Shown piece by piece: positions 54,153 through 62,875 of a stretch of DNA of 64,000 bases. Each line of letters starts with the position of its first letter. The stretch's first letter is position 1. The notes beneath the pieces were generated by a model. The model searched no databases. It had not been told where the DNA came from and saw nothing but the letters and a program-made list of their open reading frames with translations. This DNA is from Gammaproteobacteria bacterium (GTDB lineage Bacteria > Pseudomonadota > Gammaproteobacteria > CAJXQU01): NCBI GenBank assembly GCA_965238175.1, contig CBDEGZ010000003.1, positions 64,001-128,000 of the forward strand, read 5' to 3'. Both the position numbers and the translations under genes were made by a program.

Positions 54153-55052
54153 TTAAGCCACGGTTGCTAATGCCCGTTTTAAGTAATTAAATTCATCGCC
54201 AGACAAGTTCAAAGACGGCTTATTCTCTTTCAGACAATAAGCGATCAATCCACCGATAAGATTAAGCATAAAACCATGTACAGAGCGGTGTCTGGAATGT
54301 TCTATCTGAGTAATGTTCTTCAACTGGTCATTAATGGTTTCAATAATAAAACGTCTGCTCAGCATGGCTCTGTCCCAGAGCGATGTAGCTTTTGCCTTCA
54401 TGTTTTTTCGAACATTTGTCACCAACTCCACGCCTTTATCAAACAATTCGCTCGATAAGGCTTGGCTGATATAGCCCTTATCCCCGTAAAGTTTGCCACT
54501 CATCGCCTTGCACAGCTCGGGAACAGGCTGACGGTCATCGATATTTCCCGGGGTGATTTTGGCTGCCAGGATATCCCCCTGATGATTGGTGATAAGGTGT
54601 AACTTGAAACCATAAAACCAACCCATTGTGCCTCGACCTCGCTGGGCGATGTCTTTGAAAACACGGTGGCGTGGAATACGGAGGTTGTGGCACACTTTTA
54701 AGGCGGTTGAATCAACAAACGCAACACCTGTGGGTTTCCCTTTAAGATAAGAAAAGTAGCTACATAAAGGAACGAGCACTGTCGGCATCACCTCCAGAAA
54801 CCGCGTGTAGCTTAGCATCTGTGGAAAATCCTCGGCATAGAATTGAGCGATAAACCCTTTGTAGTAGTTCTTGAAATCGCGATGGTTGGAGTGATGAAAC
54901 AGGATGATGATAGTCATGATTTCGCTGGCTTGCATTCGCCCAACTCGACGGCGTTTGCGTTGCCCATCGGTCAGTAATTGTTGTTCCCACAACGGTATGA
55001 AGTGCTGACAGAAGTCATCGACATCACAAAAGATTTCAACTAGTTTATCCAT
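54153..55052 (-). CDS. IS982-family DDE transposase
   Basis: IFCDVDDFC, SEIMTI, FVDST, GWFYGFKLHL, GDKGYIS, IETINDQLKN. Confidence 0.95.
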   Translation of the reverse strand: MDKLVEIFCDVDDFCQHFIPLWEQQLLTDGQRKRRRVGRMQASEIMTIIILFHHSNHRDFKNYYKGFIAQFYAEDFPQMLSYTRFLEVMPTVLVPLCSYFSYLKGKPTGVAFVDSTALKVCHNLRIPRHRVFKDIAQRGRGTMGWFYGFKLHLITNHQGDILAAKITPGNIDDRQPVPELCKAMSGKLYGDKGYISQALSSELFDKGVELVTNVRKNMKAKATSLWDRAMLSRRFIIETINDQLKNITQIEHSRHRSVHGFMLNLIGGLIAYCLKENKPSLNLSGDEFNYLKRALATVA

Positions 55053-55143
55053 TGGCTTGTTCTCCTTTTTTTTCAATTGTTTGGTCACAATTGATCTGAT
55101 CGGGGGACAAGCCGTTAGTTCATTTCCTTAAGCCGAGTTGGGG

Positions 55144-55863
55144 TTAGTTACGATATTTTTCTTTGTCTTCCAGTCTTCTTTGGTGTCGCAGATTAACTCC
55201 GTGGATAAGATAGATCACATATTCGGCGATATTTCCTGCATGTGCTCCTAGCCTTTCAAGTGATTTCAACATTAACGTGATGTTGATCGAATGTCCGAGG
55301 TTTCTCGCATCTTCAAGTACAAAGGTTGTTAAATGCCTTAAAGATGATTGAAATTCAGCATCAAGCTCCTGATCAGCATTGAGTAAAGATTTTGCTAATT
55401 TTGAATCTAATTGATCAAAAGCAGTTAGTGCGGTTTCTAATAATTCCAATGACAATCTGCCCATTACAGAAATATCACGCAATTGGTTTTTTGCAGGCTT
55501 CGGTTGATTAGCATCTGAAAGTGACTCAATAATGTGTGCGATTCGAGCTGCTTCGTCACCAATTCTTTCAAGATCGACAACGATCCTGGAGAATGCCATC
55601 GTAATCCGCAGATCTTTGGAGACTGGACCACGTTTGTTAATGAGATCAATTATCTTATTATCAATAGCAACTTCCATGGAATCGACTTCCGGCTCTCTTT
55701 CCAAAACCAGTTTGGCCGCTTTTTCATCCTGTTCGAGCAATGCTTGAAGCGCGAGTCGACTTTGATCTAAAGCCAAGCCGCCCATTTCAAGTATTTGTAA
55801 GTGCAGATTATTCAAGTCACCATCAAAGCGCTGATCGGCATGTCCTTCTAGTGGTTGATTCAT
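55144..55863 (-). CDS. phoU: PhoU (copy 2)
   Basis: MGGL, DLR, DLERIGD, LERLG...NIAEYVIY. Confidence 0.92.
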   Translation of the reverse strand: MNQPLEGHADQRFDGDLNNLHLQILEMGGLALDQSRLALQALLEQDEKAAKLVLEREPEVDSMEVAIDNKIIDLINKRGPVSKDLRITMAFSRIVVDLERIGDEAARIAHIIESLSDANQPKPAKNQLRDISVMGRLSLELLETALTAFDQLDSKLAKSLLNADQELDAEFQSSLRHLTTFVLEDARNLGHSINITLMLKSLERLGAHAGNIAEYVIYLIHGVNLRHQRRLEDKEKYRN

Positions 55864-55881
55864 CGTATTTCTCCGTCACAG

Positions 55882-56775
55882 TTAGCCGAATCGGCCGGTA
55901 ATATAATCTTCCGTCAGTTGATGTATTGGTGCATTGAAAATTTGATTAGTTTCACCTACCTCAATCAGGTCACCCAAATGGAAGTAAGCGGTTCGATCCG
56001 AAACTCGCGCAGCTTGTTGCATAGAGTGTGTGACAATACAGATTGAGTAATTTTGGCGTAATTCAAGCATCAGCTCTTCAATAGCTGCAGTTGAAATTGG
56101 ATCTAAGGCTGAACAAGGCTCGTCCATTAAAATTACTTCTGGCTCAACAGAGATAGTCCGTGCAATGCACAGGCGCTGCTGTTGGCCGCCGGACAATCCG
56201 GTGCCAGGTTGATCCAGTCGATCTTTAACCTCTTCCCAAAGACCCGCTTTTTTTAAACTCGTTTCGACTATTTCATCAAGATCATCTTTGTGGCTGGCAA
56301 GACCGTGGATTTTTGGACCAAAAGTGATGTTCTCGCGGATTGATTTGGGAAATGGATTTGGTTTTTGAAAGACCATGCCCACCGTTGCACGTAAAGGAAC
56401 AACATCAATCTCATCACCATTAATATCTAGTCCGTCCATTTCTATCTTGCCGGTAACTCGACAGATATTAATGGTGTCATTCATTCGATTAAGACAGCGG
56501 AGGAAGGTTGATTTACCACAACCAGAAGGTCCAATCATCGCAAGAATCTCGGATTTTCCTACATCGAGATTCAGGTTTTTGATCGCCTGTTTTTCCCCGT
56601 AATAGACATTGATATCTGTACATATCATTCGTGGATCGTATACACGAATCTCACCGACAGTACGTCGGTCTTCTCGGCTTATTTTTGGTTGATTAGAATT
56701 GATCTCGACTGAAGTTCTAACGTGTTGCTCAATCACATCACTTGTTTGTTCATTTGTTAATGTTCCTAATTTCAT
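55882..56775 (-). CDS. pstB: Phosphate ABC transporter ATPase (system 2)
   Basis: [28 protein letters not shown]; ATG at 56775 has an RBS. Confidence 0.96.
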   Translation of the reverse strand: MKLGTLTNEQTSDVIEQHVRTSVEINSNQPKISREDRRTVGEIRVYDPRMICTDINVYYGEKQAIKNLNLDVGKSEILAMIGPSGCGKSTFLRCLNRMNDTINICRVTGKIEMDGLDINGDEIDVVPLRATVGMVFQKPNPFPKSIRENITFGPKIHGLASHKDDLDEIVETSLKKAGLWEEVKDRLDQPGTGLSGGQQQRLCIARTISVEPEVILMDEPCSALDPISTAAIEELMLELRQNYSICIVTHSMQQAARVSDRTAYFHLGDLIEVGETNQIFNAPIHQLTEDYITGRFG

Positions 56776-56803
56776 AACGGTATTCCTCAATAAATTATTT
56801 TGT

Positions 56804-58126
56804 CTACCAGCGACGTTCAAATTTTCTTCTTAGAAGTACGGCCAAAGCATTCATTAAGATCAGAAATCCTAATAAAACCATAATCGCGGCGGATGTTTTT
56901 TCAGTAAAAGCGCGTTCTGGACTGTCAGCCCATAGATAAATTTGAACTGGCAAAACGGTTGATGGATCAAAAGCGCCGCCTGGAATATCAACAATAAACG
57001 CAACCATACCGATCATCAAAAGTGGTGCAGATTCTCCTAAAGCTTGCGCCATACCAATGATAGTGCCTGTCAACATGCCCGGCATTGCTAATGGTAAAAC
57101 ATGATAGAAAATGGCTTGCAAAGGCGAGGCACCAACACCCAAAGCTGCTTCTTTGATTGAAGGTGGAACTGATTTCAGTGCTGCACGGCTGGAAATAATA
57201 ATGGTGGGTAGTGTCATTAATGTCAGTACTAATCCACCAACAAAAGGAGCCGATCTTGGAAGACCGAAGAAATTGATAAATACAGCCAGCCCTAACAAAC
57301 CGAAAACAATAGAAGGCACCGCTGCCAGGTTGTTTATGTTGACCTCTATAATGTCGGTTAGTCGGTTTTTGGCTGCAAACTCTTCTAAATAAATCGCCGC
57401 TGCAACGCCAATCGGAAACGACAAAAGCAATGTCACTAACAAGGTATAAATAGAGCCAACAATAGCTCCTCGAATACCTGCAAGTTCCGGATTGCGTGAA
57501 TCTCCATTAGTAAAAAAGATCGTATTAAAACGCTTTTCTATTCGATCTTGTTCTACCAATTTATCGACCCAGCCAATCTGATTGTCTTTGACGCGCCGAT
57601 CATCTTCGGGTAATAAGCGATCAATATGCCCTTTAATCAACATATCGATCTCATCATCAGCAGGTACCCAGAGATCAAATTTCTGATCAATTAAACCAGA
57701 ATCATTTTTGATCATTCTCTCAAGTTGAAAGGCAGCGTCTTGACTAACCAGACCATTCAATTTCCGTTTGTCACGGCGCCCATTAACATTAGGAAACATT
57801 TTACGCAAACTGGATTTTACAATACCTGCGTAGTTTGCTGAGGCGATTGCTTCTGCTGTTCGATTAGAGTTGGCCAATTCAGACTCCGTAAGATCAATTT
57901 CAATGCTGATGTAAGTCTGCTGAAAAGCACCATAGCCTTTACTAATAATACTGGTGAAAAGTAACACCAGAAAAAGTACACCTAAGAAAATTGCAGACTT
58001 CCCGAGAAACTGGAATCGTTTTTCAGCACGTTTTCGTTTCTTCATACCAGCATTCACCACCTCCATGGGGGTTTTTCTTGTGGGTACGTCGTTATCTTCT
58101 ATCGAAGAATTAATTTGATTATTCAT
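56804..58126 (-). CDS. pstA: Phosphate ABC permease PstA (system 2, DUF3333-type)
   Basis: [34 protein letters not shown]. Confidence 0.95.
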   Translation of the reverse strand: MNNQINSSIEDNDVPTRKTPMEVVNAGMKKRKRAEKRFQFLGKSAIFLGVLFLVLLFTSIISKGYGAFQQTYISIEIDLTESELANSNRTAEAIASANYAGIVKSSLRKMFPNVNGRRDKRKLNGLVSQDAAFQLERMIKNDSGLIDQKFDLWVPADDEIDMLIKGHIDRLLPEDDRRVKDNQIGWVDKLVEQDRIEKRFNTIFFTNGDSRNPELAGIRGAIVGSIYTLLVTLLLSFPIGVAAAIYLEEFAAKNRLTDIIEVNINNLAAVPSIVFGLLGLAVFINFFGLPRSAPFVGGLVLTLMTLPTIIISSRAALKSVPPSIKEAALGVGASPLQAIFYHVLPLAMPGMLTGTIIGMAQALGESAPLLMIGMVAFIVDIPGGAFDPSTVLPVQIYLWADSPERAFTEKTSAAIMVLLGFLILMNALAVLLRRKFERRW

Positions 58127-59489
58127 ATTGTTCCCGGTATTTACGCACGATGTGTAGTGCTATAACGTTGAGAATGAGTGTGATCACAAAAAGTGCTAAA
58201 CCCAATGCGAATGCCGCGAGAGTCTTAGCGCTATCGAATTCTTGATCACCCGTTAATAAGGTCACGATTTGAACGGTTACCGTTGTAACAGCGTCGAGTG
58301 GATTAGCCGTCAGGTTTGCAGCAAGCCCGGCTGCCATAACCACGATCATCGTTTCACCAATGGCTCGTGATACAGCAAGTAAAATGCCCCCAACAATTCC
58401 TGGCAATGCGGCTGGGAAAATGACCTTGCGAATGGTTTCAGACTTAGTAGCACCTAATCCATACGCACCATCTCGCATGGCTTGAGGAACTGCGTTTATC
58501 ACATCATCTGATAAGGATGAAACTAATGGGATAATCATAATACCCATCACTAAACCTGCAGCTAATGCACTTTCTGAGGCGACATCAAAACCTATATTTG
58601 TACCCAAGTTCCGAATGAAAGGTGCTACGACCAGTGCTGCAAAAAAACCATATACAACAGTTGGTATGCCTGCCAGAATTTCAAGCAATGGTTTTGTAAT
58701 TGTTCGAACTCTTTCTGATGCATATTCGGAAAGATAAATCGCAGACATTAAGCCAATAGGAACGGCAACGAACATTGCAATGAACGAGATCAAAAGCGTG
58801 CCGGTAAAAAGAGGTATCGCGCCGAAGCTACCACTTGAACCAACCTGATCTTCACGTATTGCCGTTTGAGGACTCCACTCTAGACCAAAGAGAAAGTCAC
58901 TGGCAGGGATCATGTTAAAAAAACGTAAAGACTCAAATAAAACCGAAAGTACGATTCCTAACGTAGTTAAAATGGCAATGCTGGAACAAAGGATCAAAAA
59001 TGCTTTTACTAACCATTCGACAACATTCCTTGCTCGAAATTGCGGGTGTATTTTTCTTAGTGCAACAAGACTTAACACTATTGCACCAGAAAGTGCTAGT
59101 ACGGTAAGAATAACGTGACTGGTACTTTGTAGACTCTTATAACGGTCTGCAGCTACCTGTAAGCTTGTATTAACCTCACCGGAAGTGACATTTCCCGCCA
59201 CAAGATTTTTAATATCGTTCACAACAAGGTTAAGATTTTCTGAATTGGCCGTTGGTAATTCTGAAACAACAATATTGGTGATAATGCCAGGCTCAAATAT
59301 CATCCATCCCGCAGCTAGTAAGAGTGCCGGCAAACCGCACCACACTGCGGTGAAAAAACCGTAGTAATTGGGTAAAGAGTGTAAATTGCGAACCTTTCCT
59401 TGCACCACGCTTAGGGCACGACTACGACCTAGAAAAAAGGCACAGGAACTCAGTAGTAATAGAATGATCGCAAGAATTGAAACTTGCAT
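58119..59489 (-). CDS. pstC: Phosphate ABC permease PstC (system 2, DUF3708-type)
   Basis: LHSLPNYYG, WSPQTAIREDQVG, SRAIGETMIV. Confidence 0.95.
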   Translation of the reverse strand: MQVSILAIILLLLSSCAFFLGRSRALSVVQGKVRNLHSLPNYYGFFTAVWCGLPALLLAAGWMIFEPGIITNIVVSELPTANSENLNLVVNDIKNLVAGNVTSGEVNTSLQVAADRYKSLQSTSHVILTVLALSGAIVLSLVALRKIHPQFRARNVVEWLVKAFLILCSSIAILTTLGIVLSVLFESLRFFNMIPASDFLFGLEWSPQTAIREDQVGSSGSFGAIPLFTGTLLISFIAMFVAVPIGLMSAIYLSEYASERVRTITKPLLEILAGIPTVVYGFFAALVVAPFIRNLGTNIGFDVASESALAAGLVMGIMIIPLVSSLSDDVINAVPQAMRDGAYGLGATKSETIRKVIFPAALPGIVGGILLAVSRAIGETMIVVMAAGLAANLTANPLDAVTTVTVQIVTLLTGDQEFDSAKTLAAFALGLALFVITLILNVIALHIVRKYREQYE

Positions 59490-59786
59490 TTGTGTCTCCT
59501 CCCGAATGGGAATTTGCAGCTTTTAATTTCGTTCATAAGCTACTTAAAATTATGTTGTTTTACTTAACCTGAACTCGGGATAAGAAATATCCATCCAGCC
59601 GATTTCTTTTAGCGCCTCTGTGCGTTGGAGTTGTTTCCAATAGCCCGCTATTGCTACGCAACTCCGCCTTAATAGCCACTAAAAGAAGTCCACTGGACAA
59701 AGCAGTCACAGCGATTTCATCTAACTCATTGTCTTTTAATGTTTTTATGGCCATTCTTATCCCGAGTTCATATATGGTCTCCTCCC

Positions 59787-60016
59787 GTATTGCAAGATAA
59801 AACATTCAGATAACAGGGACAGGATTGCTGTCATATATACGGCCTTCAATGAAGTTTTCAACTTCTGACCTGGATGTATTACGCGCCTATTTTCCTTATC
59901 AGGTTATCGGTATTAGTTACCCCTGAGCTCGACAGGTTTTCAATAGGCTGGTTTGACCTGTTATGCCATCTTTAGTTTTACCTTCGCAATTCGTTGAAAT
60001 GATTTGTTCTCTCTAT
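59787..60016 (-). ncRNA. Putative bridge/seekRNA of IS copy 2
   Basis: Reverse complement of 53897-54126. Confidence 0.78.
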
Positions 60017-61030
60017 TTAGGCCGGTGAGTAGTCATCACCAGAAACCGTTATAGCCCAGGCCATTCTTGCCATTTTGTTGGCATACGCCACACACGCTCG
60101 ATTATGCCCCCGCGTCTCAACTAAACGATTAATCCATTGACTCAGTTTATCGCCTTTCGTTTTGGCTCTTGATACCACGGCCTTCGCGCCTAGAATTAAC
60201 AAACAACGAAGGTATTTATTGCCGCGTTTACTGATCCCCAGTAGCACCTCTTTACCACCACTACTGTACTGTCGTGGAACAAGTCCTAATGAGGCGGACA
60301 CATCGCGCCCTTTGTGATAATGAGCGCCGTTTCCCACTTCATTAAAATACGCGCTCGAGACCATCGGCCCAAACCCTGGAATAGTTTGTAAGCGTTGGCA
60401 AATCGCATTGTTTTTTGCCGATTGAATGATCAATTGGTCAAATGTCGCAATACAGGCATCAAGTGATTGCCATTGTTCCTTTAGCTGGCGCAGTATCCTT
60501 TTGAAAGTAACGGACAACCGTTCGTTCTCATCACTTAATAGCAACGGGATAGATTGACGTAGGGTATTTAGGCCGGGACGAAGGCTAATGCCATATTCTG
60601 CAACAAGCGCTCTCATTTGGTTACATAATGCGGTTCTTTGTCTGACCGCTAAGTCTCTTGCTTTATGTTGTGCCTGGTTGTCTTGTTGCTCAACTGATTT
60701 AATGCCCACACTTTTTAAATGAGGTTGTTTCGCAGCAACGGCGATGGCCAAGGCATCGTTATAATCATTCTTATTGCCGATTAGAAATGCGTTAACATGC
60801 TGAGGTGGTAGTAATTTCACCTGATGTCCCTGTTGTTGTATCGCTCGGGCCCAATACTGTGACGTTGCACAAGATTCTATTGCGACTAAACAAGGAGGTT
60901 GAGATTGAAAAAAGGAGAGTACCTGCGCTCGCTTTAACATTTTCTTTTTGATTATACGCCCTTGTTGATTACAGCAGACAGCATGAAATACGTTTTTTGC
61001 TATGTCTAACCCGATTGTTGTAGTCTTCAT
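60017..61030 (-). CDS. IS110-family DEDD transposase/recombinase
   Basis: Protein identical to 52883-53896. Confidence 0.96.
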   Translation of the reverse strand: MKTTTIGLDIAKNVFHAVCCNQQGRIIKKKMLKRAQVLSFFQSQPPCLVAIESCATSQYWARAIQQQGHQVKLLPPQHVNAFLIGNKNDYNDALAIAVAAKQPHLKSVGIKSVEQQDNQAQHKARDLAVRQRTALCNQMRALVAEYGISLRPGLNTLRQSIPLLLSDENERLSVTFKRILRQLKEQWQSLDACIATFDQLIIQSAKNNAICQRLQTIPGFGPMVSSAYFNEVGNGAHYHKGRDVSASLGLVPRQYSSGGKEVLLGISKRGNKYLRCLLILGAKAVVSRAKTKGDKLSQWINRLVETRGHNRACVAYANKMARMAWAITVSGDDYSPA

Positions 61031-61127
61031 TTTGGTCTTCTCCTCTTTTGATTGTGTGTATGTCAGTTCAATCATGGCACCTAGATGCCGTTAGGGGGAG
61101 GAGACCATCACATCAGGTTACTTAGAG

Positions 61128-61160
61128 AAAAAAGGGGGGAAATAAAATTCTTTCACCCCC
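61128..61160 (-). terminator. Hairpin/terminator downstream of pstS2
   Basis: A-run then GGGGGGAAA...TTTCACCCCC. Confidence 0.6.
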
Positions 61161-61225
61161 AAGACCGTTTCTCAATAAGAGGGAGTTATCTCCCTTCTTC
61201 AAACATCCTTGTTTTCTATTTCTAC

Positions 61226-62320
61226 TTAAAGAGATAAGGGTTTTAGCTCTTTTGCATCAGATGTGAACTGTGCACGCTCTGTTTGCGGCATGGGGATAAG
61301 GCCACGATCAGAAAGATATCCATCGTCGCCATAAGCCTTATCGCTTGTGAACTCAGAGAGATACTCATCCATACCTGGAATTACGCCAACATGTGCTTTT
61401 TTTACATAGAAGAAAAGAGGACGTGAAATTGGATAAGTGCCGTCAGAAATAGTTTCGAACTTAGGTTCAATGCCGTTGACGACTGAGCCACGAACTTTGT
61501 CGAGATTTTCATCAAGGAAACTAAATCCAAAGACACCTAATGCTTTTGGATTTGAATCCAATTTTTGCACGATCAGGTTATCGTTCTCGCCGGCTTCTAC
61601 ATATGCACCATCTTCACGAATTGTATGGCAAATACTTTTGTATTTAGATTTCAATTTTTTAGCAAGTACCCTGTCGCCGCCTTTTTTCGCAGCTTTTGAA
61701 GCCTTTTTGATCTGTTTTATCCAGTCAAACGTTTTACAACCACCTTCCATTGCTAGTTCAGCAAAGGCATCACGAGTGCCTGATGTAGGTGGAGGACCTA
61801 ACACTTCGATATCAATTGCTGGCAATTTCGAATTTACTTCATTCCATTTCTTATAAGGATTTACAACTAATTTTTCACCACCTGCAGGTTCAGGAATTTC
61901 TTTTGCCAGAGCCAGGAAAATATCACGAGTGGTTAGTTCCATTGGAACGCCTTTCTTTGAATTAGCAACTGCGATTCCGTCATAACCAATCTTAACTTCG
62001 ATAATGTCTTTTACACCGTTTTTTTGACACATATCGAATTCAGATTTTTTAATCCTGCGTGATGCATTTGTGATATCAGGATGTTCAACACCAACACCAG
62101 CACAAAATAATTTCAAACCACCACCAGAACCTGTTGATTCAACTTTTGGTGTTTTGAAATTGGTGCTTTTTCCAAATTGTTCAGCAACAACTGTTGCAAA
62201 AGGGTAGACCGTTGAAGAGCCAACGATACTAATATAATCACGAGCAGCGATAGCATAGGCTGCACCTGCAACAACGGCTGTTGCCAGTACACTGCTTAGT
62301 AAAACACTTTTTTTAAACAT
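61226..62320 (-). CDS. pstS: Phosphate-binding protein PstS (system 2)
   Basis: IVGSSTVYPF, ESTGSGGG, GPPPTSGTRDAF, YPISRPLFFY. Confidence 0.95.
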   Translation of the reverse strand: MFKKSVLLSSVLATAVVAGAAYAIAARDYISIVGSSTVYPFATVVAEQFGKSTNFKTPKVESTGSGGGLKLFCAGVGVEHPDITNASRRIKKSEFDMCQKNGVKDIIEVKIGYDGIAVANSKKGVPMELTTRDIFLALAKEIPEPAGGEKLVVNPYKKWNEVNSKLPAIDIEVLGPPPTSGTRDAFAELAMEGGCKTFDWIKQIKKASKAAKKGGDRVLAKKLKSKYKSICHTIREDGAYVEAGENDNLIVQKLDSNPKALGVFGFSFLDENLDKVRGSVVNGIEPKFETISDGTYPISRPLFFYVKKAHVGVIPGMDEYLSEFTSDKAYGDDGYLSDRGLIPMPQTERAQFTSDAKELKPLSL

Positions 62321-62441
62321 GTCATACTCCTCTGTCAGGGGCAATAAAAATTTTTAGATAGAGGAGACGTCAATAAGTAGTTATTGTTTATATCACAGTA
62401 GCAATTGTGTTCGTCTCCTACACACACCCTCGCACATGGGC

Positions 62442-62481
62442 ATTTCAGTTATATAAAAGAAATGTTTCAGTTTTATTACAA
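62442..62481 (-). promoter_or_regulatory. Degenerate Pho box array upstream of pstS2
   Basis: TTGTAAT-aaaa-CTGAAAC-attt-CTTTTAT-ataa-CTGAAAT, 11-bp period. Confidence 0.55.
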
Positions 62482-62629
62482 AAACAAGAGTGTTTTTTTA
62501 AGTGACAGCAAGGATCAAGCTTTTTGATATGATTGTTTGCATTAGAATTGTTTAAGAATTGGCGTACTTTTTCTTTGCTCATATATCGAGAAAAAACTTT
62601 CTGATCTGCCCAGGTAAGATCGACTATGA

Positions 62630-62764
62630 TCAAACCATTAAGCACATTTCTAAAAAGTTAATAAAGCGGTTTGCGGTAAGGAACATATCCGTCAGACCAT
62701 GTATTGCAGTTAGTTGTGCACCGGGGTAGTTAGCAATAGTGACATGCAGATAAGGTTTTTCCAC
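62630..62764 (-). pseudogene. Truncated GlxA/AraC-family regulator (N-terminal remnant)
   Basis: GTG-started 44 aa VEKPYLHVTIANYPGAQLTAIHGLTDMFLTANRF..., resembling the start of a GlxA DJ-1 domain, then a stop; below ORF track cutoff. Confidence 0.6.
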
Positions 62765-62765
62765 T

Positions 62766-62797
62766 TGGCAATTATGAACCATAACATGGCAATTATG
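62766..62797. promoter_or_regulatory. Direct repeat, AraC-type operator candidate
   Basis: TGGCAATTATG twice with a 21-bp period in the divergent promoter. Confidence 0.55.
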
Positions 62798-62875
62798 CCA
62801 ATCGTGTACAAATCACTACTTACCTAAAATAACCTCCATCACAGCACTTATTTAAAAACAACAGGAGATTAGATT

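Larger units (their letters stand above)
52795..55144 (-). mobile_element. IS982-family IS (1005 bp net), interrupted in one TIR by IS110 copy 1
   Basis: TIRs ACCCCAACTCGGCTTAAG (55127-55144, minus) and reconstructed ACCTGA|GATCGGTTTAAG (52795-52800 + 54146-54157), 13/18 match; TSD TAGTTA at 52789-52794 and 55145-55150. Confidence 0.9.
59768..61112 (-). mobile_element. IS110-family, IS1111-type element copy 2 (1345 bp)
   Basis: Inverted copy of 52801-54145 with identical transposase and the same ends. Confidence 0.93.
59567..61118. mobile_element. 207-bp MITE with IS982-like ends, interrupted in one TIR by IS110 copy 2
   Basis: Perfect 20-bp TIR ACCTGAACTCGGGATAAGAA (59567-59586) vs 59754-59767 + 61113-61118; TSD TACTTA at 59561-59566 and 61119-61124. 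Confidence 0.88.

Noticed and set aside
59560-59805. 81-aa ORF between pstC2 and IS copy 2
   Set aside because: It spans the IS right end and the MITE and has no recognisable motif, so it is a junction artefact
52801-61112. Composite transposon that delivered pst2
   Set aside because: Each IS110 sits in its own target with independent, intact host TSD pairs, and pstS2 lies outside, so the insertions post-date the operon
62445-62645. 66-aa ORF upstream of pstS2
   Set aside because: No recognisable motif, and it overlaps the Pho-box region
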